A stretch of 42,847 bases of DNA from IMG/VR virus record IMGVR_UViG_3300021446_000309; one strand, given 5' to 3'. Under the pieces are notes generated by a model. That model searched no databases. It was not told the origin of the DNA and was given only the letters and a program-made list of their open reading frames with translations. The stretch comes from a virus. Shown here piece after piece: positions 1 through 8,173 of this stretch. The translations under genes were made by a program, and so were the position numbers. Each line of letters opens with the position of its first letter. Positions within the stretch are counted from its first letter, which is position 1.

Positions 1-55
1 TCGTCGCCAGTATCGTCGCCCGTGTCGTCACCGCTCGCGGTGACAGTGATCTCGC
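1..55. repeat. Terminal direct repeat, copy 1 (assembly overlap of a circular contig)
   Basis: 1-55 is identical to 42793-42847. An ORF reads in frame across the junction. Confidence 0.95.
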
Positions 56-131
56 CGCAGCTGACCGGGGCGCGACTCGTCGGTGTAGAGAGCTTGAATC
101 GGTCTTGTGAGCGCGTTAGTGTGCTACTCAT
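1..131 (-). CDS. 5' part of a junction-spanning 72-aa tail-anchored membrane protein (continues 42792->42705)
   Basis: Manual translation from ATG 131 through the junction: MSSTLTRSQDRFKLSTPTSRAPVSCGEITVTASGDDTGDDTGDEPTTTDGDTQALLLAGGGFVGLLLLLIVL*. GAACAC-TTTTC promoter lies about 30 nt upstream. Confidence 0.85.
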   Translation of the reverse strand, partial: MSSTLTRSQDRFKLSTPTSRAPVSCGEITVTASGDDTGDDTGD

Positions 132-172
132 ACGCCATCATCCGAGAGCGCCGATGAAAAGTGTTCCCCGGA

Positions 173-925
173 TCAGATACCGACCGCGAGAACCAACAGG
201 ATGACGAGTGCGATACCGCCACCGATGGCCGCCGCGCCGAACTGGGCGTTCGAGGGGAGCAGCACGTCGCTGATCGAGCAGTTCTGCTCGGTGAGTGCGT
301 CACCGAGCGTGTTGCAGTTCGGCTTCTCGCCCGAATCGTCGTCTTCGGGGGCACTGTCGTCCACCGTCACGACGACCGGGATCGTTCCGATGCTGTCGCC
401 CGTGTTCGCGTACTCGAAGACGTAGCGATAGGTGTAGTCGCCCGGTTCCGACGGGGCGCGCGCACTGAGCGACATTTCTCGCGTGTTGTCGGTGAGTGTC
501 GAGCCGGCGTACGCGACACAGGTGAGCTGCTGGTCGCGTTGGTTTCCGCCGGGACCGATGAGCTTCCCACGGATTCGGTAGCCCGGACGACCGACACCAG
601 CAGTACAGCCGTCGGGGTCGTTGATGATCGCGAGTGCGTTGTTCTTGATCTCGAACGTCGAGGAGAACTGAAGATTCGGTGGGGTAAACCGATTCACCTT
701 CAGTTCCGTCACTTCGACCTGTCCAGCGGAGACCGCAGACGCGCCGATAGCCGCCGTGTTCGACAGTCGCGACCGATCCCGAATCCGGGTGAGTGTCGTC
801 CGGCGGGCTGGCGACTGTGCCGACGGTGACGTCGTGGTGTCCGGGGGTGTCGTTTCCGCTGCGACAGCTTCGGCTTCGGGGGACGCCGCACCCGACCGTG
901 GGTAGGAGGCTGCGTGTGTGCTCAT
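173..925 (-). CDS. Membrane-anchored protein with Ig-like beta domain and C-terminal TM helix
   Basis: 250 aa; T/S/P-rich N-terminus, beta-rich core with Cys pairs, C-terminal AAAIGGGIALVILLVLAVGI. Confidence 0.7.
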   Translation of the reverse strand: MSTHAASYPRSGAASPEAEAVAAETTPPDTTTSPSAQSPARRTTLTRIRDRSRLSNTAAIGASAVSAGQVEVTELKVNRFTPPNLQFSSTFEIKNNALAIINDPDGCTAGVGRPGYRIRGKLIGPGGNQRDQQLTCVAYAGSTLTDNTREMSLSARAPSEPGDYTYRYVFEYANTGDSIGTIPVVVTVDDSAPEDDDSGEKPNCNTLGDALTEQNCSISDVLLPSNAQFGAAAIGGGIALVILLVLAVGI

Positions 926-927
926 CG

Positions 928-1182
928 TCAGTTGATGTTGACTCGCGGTGCACCGTCATTGCTACCGCCGCCGACCGTCGCGACGAGAAGGACGAGCACG
1001 AGGAGGGCGGCTCCACCGGCAGCGAGCACCGTCGGGACGTCCCCGACGAGGGGAAGCGAAACCGCCTGTGCGCGAACGGGCTGTCTGTTCACCGGTGGCG
1101 TGGACGTGAGCTGAAAGCGCCCCATCGCTCGGTCGAGGGAGCCAGCGGCGGCGGCTGCTTCAGCAGTGGTCGAATTGCTCAT
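928..1182 (-). CDS. Small membrane protein
   Basis: 84 aa with a TM segment VLAAGGAALLVLVLLVATVG; carries SLDRAMGRF; preceded by a CGAACG-CTTTTG promoter (1211-1222). Confidence 0.75.
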   Translation of the reverse strand: MSNSTTAEAAAAAGSLDRAMGRFQLTSTPPVNRQPVRAQAVSLPLVGDVPTVLAAGGAALLVLVLLVATVGGGSNDGAPRVNIN

Positions 1183-1239
1183 ATACGGCTATGCATACAG
1201 GGTATCACGGCAAAAGCGTTCGCCCGTCGAGCGTCGGCG

Positions 1240-2073
1240 TCACGAGAAGAAGCCACCGACCGCGTTCCCCACGACCGTCCCGACCGTTACCGAGACCGTC
1301 TGTGAGACGACTTCCTGCTTCAGTCCGAGGTCACTCATCTGGTCTTTCATCATCCGGCTGATCTCCCGCGACTGCTTCCGCAGCCCGGCGGCGTCCGGGC
1401 CGTGCATCGCGTTCTGTCCGAGTTCGGGAGCGGCGTCCGTGATGACACCACCGATGGGGACGTCTCCGGATTCGGTGAGTCGCTGGTACAGATCGTCATA
1501 GTCGGTGCGAAACCGGGCGGTGCAGTCTCCGAATGCATCACGGACGCGCTCGCGGGCCGCCGCAGGGTCGGTGATCTGTCCGGTCGTGAGTGCGCGGGCA
1601 ACATCGCGAGTCGTATCGACTTGCACACCGAGGGCTTCGCGGAACGCAGCCCGCATCGCGGCGTCGTTCGTCGCCTGAAACACGACTTCCGCCGACCGCG
1701 TGCCGACGACGATGGAGACGGTGACGTCGTGGAACGCGACGTTCGCGAGATCGGGGAGCGAGTGCTCGGCGTCCGTGAGCTGTGGCTTCGAGGCGTGCGT
1801 ATGGAACGCTCCCGTGCCGACGCGCGGGCAGCCGCGCAGGTCCACCGCCTGTGGGAACCGAGAGATCGGCGGCTTGGGTGTCGTGTTCGGCCCGCAGACC
1901 GTGCGGCCAGATTCGAGGAGTCGGCCCTCGCGTGCCGAGTCGAGCGTCTCCTCGATGATCGTTCGCATCGTCGAGTCGGACTCGCGCATGAACTCAAATA
2001 GCTCCTCGGCGTGCTGTGTCGGCGTTAGCTCGCCACTCAGCGGCGGGGTATCTGACGGGGTGAACGCGCTCAT
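1240..2073 (-). CDS. JAB/MPN-like metalloprotease-domain protein
   Basis: Upstream Glu (LESGRTV) plus FHTH-x11-SLPD resembles the JAMM E...HxH-xn-SxxD motif with a longer spacer; hydrophobic C-terminus. Confidence 0.55.
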   Translation of the reverse strand: MSAFTPSDTPPLSGELTPTQHAEELFEFMRESDSTMRTIIEETLDSAREGRLLESGRTVCGPNTTPKPPISRFPQAVDLRGCPRVGTGAFHTHASKPQLTDAEHSLPDLANVAFHDVTVSIVVGTRSAEVVFQATNDAAMRAAFREALGVQVDTTRDVARALTTGQITDPAAARERVRDAFGDCTARFRTDYDDLYQRLTESGDVPIGGVITDAAPELGQNAMHGPDAAGLRKQSREISRMMKDQMSDLGLKQEVVSQTVSVTVGTVVGNAVGGFFS

Positions 2074-2343
2074 GGGTGTAGATCGGTTGCTATCCGTTTC
2101 AATCTATGCAACGGAATGGGGTGGGGGGAGAAACCCACCCGACCGTTTCGAGAACCCGACCGACTATGGCCCGACTGACGCTCCGACGGAACCGAAGCAG
2201 AGTGACTGGCGAACGATCCACTCCTACACGGTGGGCGTCCATGTCTGCCACGACCAAACGCGACCGAGTAGGGGGCACACCCGACGACAAGTGTGCAACT
2301 CACACACGGAGTCGTGGTGGTTTCAATGTTTCGCGGGAGGGGG

Positions 2344-3084
2344 CTACTCGTCCCGTGGGGCGAACGAGACACCCTCGCGCTGCTCGATCCAGTCATCGCG
2401 AGGATAGTGTCCGAAGCGGTCGAACGCGCGGTTGAGCTTGTCCTTCCACCGGCGCATATCGTTCCGGACCACAGCCTTCGGCGCAGTCTCGACGACGCCG
2501 TGTTGGGCAACACGGTCGCGGAAGTCGAACTCCTCTTCCTGTCGAACAGCGGCGAGATCGGTTTGTGACCGACTGGTGTCGAACGGGCCAGCTTCGTCCC
2601 ACGCAGTCGCCGTGAACGCACTGAACTGGCCGGGGAGGTGCAGTCCAGCCTCCGTGCCGACGCGTTGGCCGAGGTCTACGAGTGCCGAGAGGCCGGGCAC
2701 GCCGGCTGCCTTCGGTCGCCCGGCGACCGCCGCAGTATCCTCGTCGCGGAACGGGGCGAGCAGCTGTGCCAGCGAGTCGCTGCGAAGCGGTGGCGCATCC
2801 GCATCAGCGACGGCGATCACGTCGTACTCCGATTCGACAGCGGCGTTGTGGGCGGCGTTGCGGGCCGCGAGCTTTCCCTCCGGTGCTTCGTGTACCTCGA
2901 ACCCGCGTGCTTCGAGGGCTGCCTGCCACGTCGTACACAGCTCCCGCTCGGGCGGTGAGAGTGTAACCCATACCTGTCTGTCTACGGTGATCCCCTCGGG
3001 CGTCGGCTGATTCCCCCATGCCCGGAGGACGGGGAGCATCTCCGGCTCGCGATACGCGGGAACCTGCAAGACAGCGCGGATCAT
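2344..3084 (-). CDS. Glycosyltransferase, GT-A fold (GT2-like)
   Basis: N-terminal VPAYRE, EGKLAARN and YDVIAVADAD (DxD) motifs. Confidence 0.85.
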   Translation of the reverse strand: MIRAVLQVPAYREPEMLPVLRAWGNQPTPEGITVDRQVWVTLSPPERELCTTWQAALEARGFEVHEAPEGKLAARNAAHNAAVESEYDVIAVADADAPPLRSDSLAQLLAPFRDEDTAAVAGRPKAAGVPGLSALVDLGQRVGTEAGLHLPGQFSAFTATAWDEAGPFDTSRSQTDLAAVRQEEEFDFRDRVAQHGVVETAPKAVVRNDMRRWKDKLNRAFDRFGHYPRDDWIEQREGVSFAPRDE

Positions 3085-3344
3085 CGGCGGCGAGAAGGGC
3101 GGCGCGCATCGCTTGAGACGGCGTACAGGCTCTTGCGCCCGTCTCGTGGATGATCGCGGATCGAGAAGTGTTCTGCCGTGGCGTCGAGTTCGGCGGCTTT
3201 GTTCCGGACCGTGCGTTCGGAGAGGCCAGCCCGGTTCACGAGTTCCTGTTGAGTCATCTCGTCGCCGTAGTACAGGAGCGTGTAGATGAGTCCCGCCGAT
3301 GGGGATACATCACCGACCTGTTCAGGGATCGCGAGGGTCGTCAT
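3081..3344 (-). CDS. Winged-helix transcription regulator (MarR/TrmB-like)
   Basis: MTQQELVNRAGLSERTVRNK helix-turn-helix followed by a DGRKSLY wing. Confidence 0.8.
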   Translation of the reverse strand: MTTLAIPEQVGDVSPSAGLIYTLLYYGDEMTQQELVNRAGLSERTVRNKAAELDATAEHFSIRDHPRDGRKSLYAVSSDARRPSRRR

Positions 3345-3576
3345 CGTGTTCGTGTGTGTTCACCCCAAGGTCAAAACGGTTGTCGCTGGCTGTGTCCTCC
3401 GAAGAACTGCTGTCGTTGGAGATACTGCCAGTCGGTGATGGACCAGCGGGCATGAGGAGATCGAATAGTGGCTTGAAGTACGGTTGGAGGGCGACCGCAG
3501 CGGTGAGGATCGCCAGTAGCGTGCCGGTGAACGAACACGCGATGATGAGGACCGCGCCGAGGAGCGACACCATCAC
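3322..3576 (-). CDS. Small membrane protein
   Basis: Hydrophobic N-terminal half (about 40 aa) and an acidic tail; overlaps both neighbours. Confidence 0.65.
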   Translation of the reverse strand: MMVSLLGAVLIIACSFTGTLLAILTAAVALQPYFKPLFDLLMPAGPSPTGSISNDSSSSEDTASDNRFDLGVNTHEHDDDPRDP

Positions 3577-4127
3577 TCGTCGTCCTCGTGCTCGTCGGCG
3601 CTGTCGTAGTCGTCGGCTGTCCGGAGTTCGTGTGCGCGCTGACGGCCACCCGGCGGGTAGATCGTGTACTCCGCGAGCGTGTCGTCGGGGTCGCTCTCCG
3701 GAATGATGTCGTGTGGGTCGATAGGGAGATCGAGCCGCACCTCACCTTCCATCGAGCGGATGAGCACCTGCTTCCCGTCGCGGGAGCGGAACACATCGAC
3801 CGACGTGGGCGTCGCGTCGACGATGAGCCGGAGTCCGTACACGCGGTCGTCATCGTCGACGAGGAGGTTCGTCGTGAACGGCGTGTAGTCGTACTGATCT
3901 GCGGCTGGTTCCTGCGCCGACTCCCAGCCCCCGGCTGCGCTTTCGACACCAGCCGAGATGCCGACCTGAAGCGCGTTCTCGACTTCTTCCGCGCCGAATC
4001 GGTCAACAACAGCATCGAACTGGTCGGCAGCGGTGGGTGACACCTTCGAGAGCGCGTTCCGGGCGATTGATGTGAGCGGTTCCCTATCGCCGGGAGCGAG
4101 ATCGTCTTCTGAGGACTTGTCAGACAT
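3573..4127 (-). CDS. Acidic hypothetical protein (C-terminal beta domain)
   Basis: Halophilic amino-acid composition; CGAACG-GTTTTG promoter (4153-4164) about 30 nt upstream of ATG 4127. Confidence 0.7.
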   Translation of the reverse strand: MSDKSSEDDLAPGDREPLTSIARNALSKVSPTAADQFDAVVDRFGAEEVENALQVGISAGVESAAGGWESAQEPAADQYDYTPFTTNLLVDDDDRVYGLRLIVDATPTSVDVFRSRDGKQVLIRSMEGEVRLDLPIDPHDIIPESDPDDTLAEYTIYPPGGRQRAHELRTADDYDSADEHEDDE

Positions 4128-4172
4128 CACCAGTACCCTCGTGGGGGAGGGACAAAACCGTTCGTGCGAGCA

Positions 4173-5060
4173 CTACACCGACTCGGAAAACTGATCGAAG
4201 GTGTAGTTCTCAACACGACGTCGGACGTACTCGCGACACGCCAGACAGTTCGGGTGATACTCGCGAACCGTCACCGCCGTCGTCTGATAGTAGCCGGGAG
4301 GCCCCCGGCGGCCATCAATCGTCACCGTCTCCGGGGCGTGTCGGAGTAGCTCGCCGCACCACGGACAGACGAGTTCCATGTTCGTCGCTTGCGGCGCGAA
4401 CTGGTCGTACTCGTCTTTCGGGTCGCGGATCGCGTTCTCGTGGGGTGTTCGGTCACGGTGGAGTCGTTCGGGGACACCGCTGCCGGCAGACGGGCGCGGT
4501 CGCGGCGGCACGGGTGTCCCACCGTCGGTGACTGGCTCTGCCGTCTCCTCAGTGACCGGCGTCCCATCCTCGATCTCCGTGTCGTGGAGATGGTGGCCGT
4601 AGTGCTCCTCATGTTCGACTTGCACGAGGTTCTCCGGGCGATTATCCCACTCGATTCCCGACTCGTGGTGTATCTGATACCGCCCGTTCGAGAACACGTT
4701 GTAGGGGCAGACACCGGGGGCAGTGCAGCCGGGGGCTTCGAGACACTCCGGGTGCGGCTCGTCGCCGTCGTGCTGGCCGACAGCGAGTGCGAGGAGCTGA
4801 TGGGCATAACAGCCGCGTCGCGTTCCATCGGGGTCGCGCTGTCGGAGTTCGACGTAGCCGAGACTCGAATGGGTCGCGTAGCCGACGATCGGCGTTGGTG
4901 ACTGACCGCGATTCCGGCGTTCGATGCCGTGTTTCTGCATCCACGTTCGGATCGTGCTGGCTGCACAGTCCCACTGGGCTGCGATCTCCGCAGTCGTCTG
5001 TCGCTCGTCCCAGTAGGCAGCGTAGAGGCGTTCCGGGTCGGTGTACGGACGGTCGCTCAT
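4173..5060 (-). CDS. HTH-HNH endonuclease fused to a C-terminal Zn-finger domain
   Basis: N-terminal HTH (TTAEIAAQWDCAASTIRTWM); HNH core YAHQL...IHH..GIEWDNRPENL...H; C-terminal CPWC...CLAC. Confidence 0.8.
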   Translation of the reverse strand: MSDRPYTDPERLYAAYWDERQTTAEIAAQWDCAASTIRTWMQKHGIERRNRGQSPTPIVGYATHSSLGYVELRQRDPDGTRRGCYAHQLLALAVGQHDGDEPHPECLEAPGCTAPGVCPYNVFSNGRYQIHHESGIEWDNRPENLVQVEHEEHYGHHLHDTEIEDGTPVTEETAEPVTDGGTPVPPRPRPSAGSGVPERLHRDRTPHENAIRDPKDEYDQFAPQATNMELVCPWCGELLRHAPETVTIDGRRGPPGYYQTTAVTVREYHPNCLACREYVRRRVENYTFDQFSESV

Positions 5061-5953
5061 ACGGACGCACCTCGTTTCGTCTCGTAGAGGATCGAGATGG
5101 CTTCCTCGGGAGTCGATCCAGACGAACGAGCGCGGAACGCTCGAACGACTGCAGGATCACGTTCTCGCGAACAGCCGTCGCCGCACAACGTCATCTGCTC
5201 GTGTCCCTGCTTCCGTGCGCGCTGTTCCTCAGTTGTGAGTCCACTCCAGCCGAGTGTTCCCTTCAGTCCGTCATGGGTGATCGACTCCTCCCACTCGCGG
5301 AGCCGTTGGCCGAACTCGGGGAACCGTCCGAGTGTCTTCTGTAACTCGGAGGGGTCGCCGTTCGCGAGACAGCCGCAGTCCGAGATGACACCCGGCATCT
5401 CCCACAGCGGGTTCCGGGGGCACTCCTCGTGTCGGAGGATAATCTCGGCTCGTTCCTTCCGTGAGAGACGATGGGCCGGGTAGACTTCGAGGTGGCGGCC
5501 TACCTTCCGGGCCTTATCGAAGCCGGCGCGGGTATCGGACTCATCGGCTGCAAGACCCATCACCATCGTTGGATTCTCAGCGATGGTTGTGAGCTTCGAT
5601 GCTTGCCGGTCCTTCAGTTCATTCCGGACTTCCTGATGCGCGCCAGCACCCGGTGCGCCGTCGCGTTGCAGCCAGTCGCGGAACGACTCATCCGTGCGTA
5701 GCGTCCATAGTTGGACGTTGTACGTGTCGCACAGCTCCTCGACGTAGAAGCGGTTGAGTGGGACACCGACGCGAGTGTCGAGGTAGATGCCGAGAGGTTT
5801 CTTCGCGAAGTTGCCGCCGCTCTGGTCAGACCGGAGAGCGTCTTTCGTGAGCAAGAACGCAGCCACGGAGTCGATCCCTCCTGAGAGGCTCCAGAACCAG
5901 TCGGGATGATCGCTAACGTGGCCGGGTGCGCGCTTGCGGAAGGTGTCACTCAT
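5057..5953 (-). CDS. PAPS-reductase family / DndC-like PP-loop enzyme
   Basis: SLSGGIDS PP-loop, YLDT, GLAADES, NPLW...SDCGC. Start refined to ATG 5953 (ATGA overlap with the upstream stop). Confidence 0.8.
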   Translation of the reverse strand: MSDTFRKRAPGHVSDHPDWFWSLSGGIDSVAAFLLTKDALRSDQSGGNFAKKPLGIYLDTRVGVPLNRFYVEELCDTYNVQLWTLRTDESFRDWLQRDGAPGAGAHQEVRNELKDRQASKLTTIAENPTMVMGLAADESDTRAGFDKARKVGRHLEVYPAHRLSRKERAEIILRHEECPRNPLWEMPGVISDCGCLANGDPSELQKTLGRFPEFGQRLREWEESITHDGLKGTLGWSGLTTEEQRARKQGHEQMTLCGDGCSRERDPAVVRAFRARSSGSTPEEAISILYETKRGASV

Positions 5954-6714
5954 TCGGACCCACCTCGCTCTCTTACTCGTATTTCCGACGGAAACCAATT
6001 CTGTTGACGCTCAGTGTGCTTGTCGCAGAGCTGCTCACGGCGGCGTTCGGTCGTCCAGTTGACGGTGTGGGTGGCCGCTTGTTCGCAGTTCGTGTGGTGG
6101 CAGGTACTCGCGTCTGCTGGTTCCCCACCGTCGGCAACGATTTGTTGACGGTCGTTGTCCGGGTCGAACTTCGGCGGGACCTCAGCCATGATCTCGCCGG
6201 TGTCGGGGACGTCGAGTTCGTCGGGGATGCCGTCACCTCGACGTCGGAACCGCGACAGATACTCACTGGCCGTCCGATCACCAATGTCCATCAGTTGAGC
6301 GATCTCGTCTCGTCTGCGTCCGCGAACGTACAGCCACGCGGCGACGGCGGGTTTCCCGTCGACGGCGACAGCGACCGGAACACCGTTTCGCACTGGGTGT
6401 CGCTGCATATTCCCTCTGTCTGTGGTCAGATCGCTCCCGTCGAACTCCTCCAGTAAGACCGCAGCAATATCTGCACGATCCGGGTCATCGGCGGTGAACA
6501 TCGCGTCTATGCCGATGACGCGATAGCTACGAACCTCCCACTCAGAATCGGCGTTTCGTGACCGTTTCGCGTAGATCAACAATTCGTCGTCGTCTCGGAT
6601 GATGGGGGCGTGGGTCGTTGGAGTCGCATGATCGCCGCTGAACGTCAACAAATCGTTGAACGTCTCCATCGAAATCGAAGACCGGTCGATTTTGTCTGTG
6701 GAGTGGTCACTCAT
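5950..6714 (-). CDS. HTH DNA-binding protein with C-terminal Zn-finger module
   Basis: RRDEIAQLMDIGDRTASEYLSR HTH, then an ADGG linker, then C-x4-C...C-x2-H. Start refined to ATG 6714. Confidence 0.7.
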   Translation of the reverse strand: MSDHSTDKIDRSSISMETFNDLLTFSGDHATPTTHAPIIRDDDELLIYAKRSRNADSEWEVRSYRVIGIDAMFTADDPDRADIAAVLLEEFDGSDLTTDRGNMQRHPVRNGVPVAVAVDGKPAVAAWLYVRGRRRDEIAQLMDIGDRTASEYLSRFRRRGDGIPDELDVPDTGEIMAEVPPKFDPDNDRQQIVADGGEPADASTCHHTNCEQAATHTVNWTTERRREQLCDKHTERQQNWFPSEIRVRERGGSE

Positions 6715-6967
6715 CGTCAGTATCCTCGTTGTAGTCGCTTGGTGTGTACGATTCGCGAGGTTTACACGCCGCACAGCACAGGCAGTTATCCCGTCTGTCG
6801 TCGCCGGGGGCTGTGCATTTCTCGTAGACGAAGACGTGTGTCGCCTCGTTCCCGCACGGCGACGGTTCGTGGCCCGTCCAGAGCGTACATTCTCGACCGT
6901 ACTCGATCTTCGAGAGTGATACGACGTCGTAGATTTCCGGTGCGCGTTTGATGGTGTCGTCATTCAT
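6707..6967 (-). CDS. Cys-rich Zn-finger protein
   Basis: MNDDTIK start; C...CGNEATH...CCAAC; overlaps both neighbours. Confidence 0.7.
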   Translation of the reverse strand: MNDDTIKRAPEIYDVVSLSKIEYGRECTLWTGHEPSPCGNEATHVFVYEKCTAPGDDRRDNCLCCAACKPRESYTPSDYNEDTDDE

Positions 6968-7088
6968 TGCGATCACTCGGCTTGCTGCCGTCGTTCGGAG
7001 AGACTGCCGTACTGCACTTCCAGCAGTATCCTTCGAGGAGATCGTTTCCAGTGAGCCACTGGCCGCAGTTCCAGCACTCACCGGGCAT
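6960..7088 (-). CDS. 42-aa CxxC...CxxC micro-protein (not in the ORF track)
   Basis: Manual translation MPGECWNCGQWLTGNDLLEGYCWKCSTAVSPNDGSKPSDRNE*; fills the operon gap with overlaps. Confidence 0.75.
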   Translation of the reverse strand: MPGECWNCGQWLTGNDLLEGYCWKCSTAVSPNDGSKPSDRNE

Positions 7089-7239
7089 AGGCGTTCCCTC
7101 CAGTGTTCGTGCAGTCCTCGCAGAACGCGAGGGTCACGATTCCCCGATAGCCACGATAGCTCTCGGTCGTCGCCGGGTCGTCTATCTCGCTTCCACACTG
7201 CTCGCACTGGTACGTCTCCGCTGTGGGCTGGTCACTCAT
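7078..7239 (-). CDS. 53-aa CxxC...CxxC micro-protein (not in the ORF track)
   Basis: Manual translation MSDQPTAETYQCEQCGSEIDDPATTESYRGYRGIVTLAFCEDCTNTGGNAYAR*. Confidence 0.75.
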   Translation of the reverse strand: MSDQPTAETYQCEQCGSEIDDPATTESYRGYRGIVTLAFCEDCTNTGGNAYAR

Positions 7240-8173
7240 CGTCGCGTCCTCCGTGTTGTGTCGTGTCCATGTTCGGTGATCGGGGGGTCACGCCGTCCGT
7301 CGACGCGGCTAACGTCTGTTGCTTTCCATCGGTGAACAGCGGTACTGTGGCCGGATCGTAGCTCAGATACAGCCGTTCGATCCGATCCGAGTTCTCCTTT
7401 GCAGCCGACCGGTTGTATGAGCGTTCGATCACAGTCCTCGCGAGGGCATCAAGCCCCTCCGGTGGGTCTTGATACGATACCATCCAGTGCCCGTCGACGT
7501 TCGCCAGCGTCTCCACGAGGCGGGCGTGGTCGAATGATGGGCCACGGTAGTAGCTGCCGTTTGCCTCGATGTACGGCGGATCGAGGTAGTACAGCGTCTC
7601 TGCGTCTTTGTCGTCGTACCGACCGAGAATATCGGCGTAGTCGAGCGACTCGATAGAGACGCCACGGAACCGGTCGCGAATCTCGATGATCCGCTCCGGC
7701 ATCTGTTGCCAGATACGTGACTTCTGCGGGCCGCGTTGTGGGGTATCTGTCGCGAAACCGGCTCGCTGTCCGTAGCGACCGCTAAAGCTGGCGTACCGGA
7801 GATAAACCCATCTGGCCGCCCGCTCGACGACGTTCTCAGGCCAGCCGTCACCGTTCCTGAACTGATCTGCCCACTCGTTGTAGGTGGTTCGCGAGAACGG
7901 GATGTTCCGCACCCGCTCGGCCAGTGCTTCGGGATGCTCACGACACGCGCGGAAGAACTCGACGATTGCGTCGTCACGGTCGTTGTATATCTCGCACCCT
8001 GACCGTGGTTTGTTGAGCAGGACGCCGGCTGCCCCGCCGAACGGGACGACGAAGTTGTCGTGTGTACGCAGATTCTCAACGATCCACGACGCGAGATAGG
8101 TCTTCGAGCCGATGTAGGGGAATGCGGAGAACGTCGAGCCGCGAGACGAACTGCCTGTGGACTGGTCGCTCAT
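7232..8173 (-). CDS. dam: Dam-like (D12 class) N6-adenine DNA methyltransferase
   Basis: FPYIGSK, VVPFGGAAGV (motif I), YNDRD and YYLDPPY (motif IV). The target sequence cannot be determined from sequence alone. Confidence 0.9.
   Translation of the reverse strand: MSDQSTGSSSRGSTFSAFPYIGSKTYLASWIVENLRTHDNFVVPFGGAAGVLLNKPRSGCEIYNDRDDAIVEFFRACREHPEALAERVRNIPFSRTTYNEWADQFRNGDGWPENVVERAARWVYLRYASFSGRYGQRAGFATDTPQRGPQKSRIWQQMPERIIEIRDRFRGVSIESLDYADILGRYDDKDAETLYYLDPPYIEANGSYYRGPSFDHARLVETLANVDGHWMVSYQDPPEGLDALARTVIERSYNRSAAKENSDRIERLYLSYDPATVPLFTDGKQQTLAASTDGVTPRSPNMDTTQHGGRDDE

Noticed and set aside
3573-4127. Hsp20/GvpH-like domain in the C-terminal half
   Set aside because: Only a vague beta-strand pattern; no diagnostic motif.
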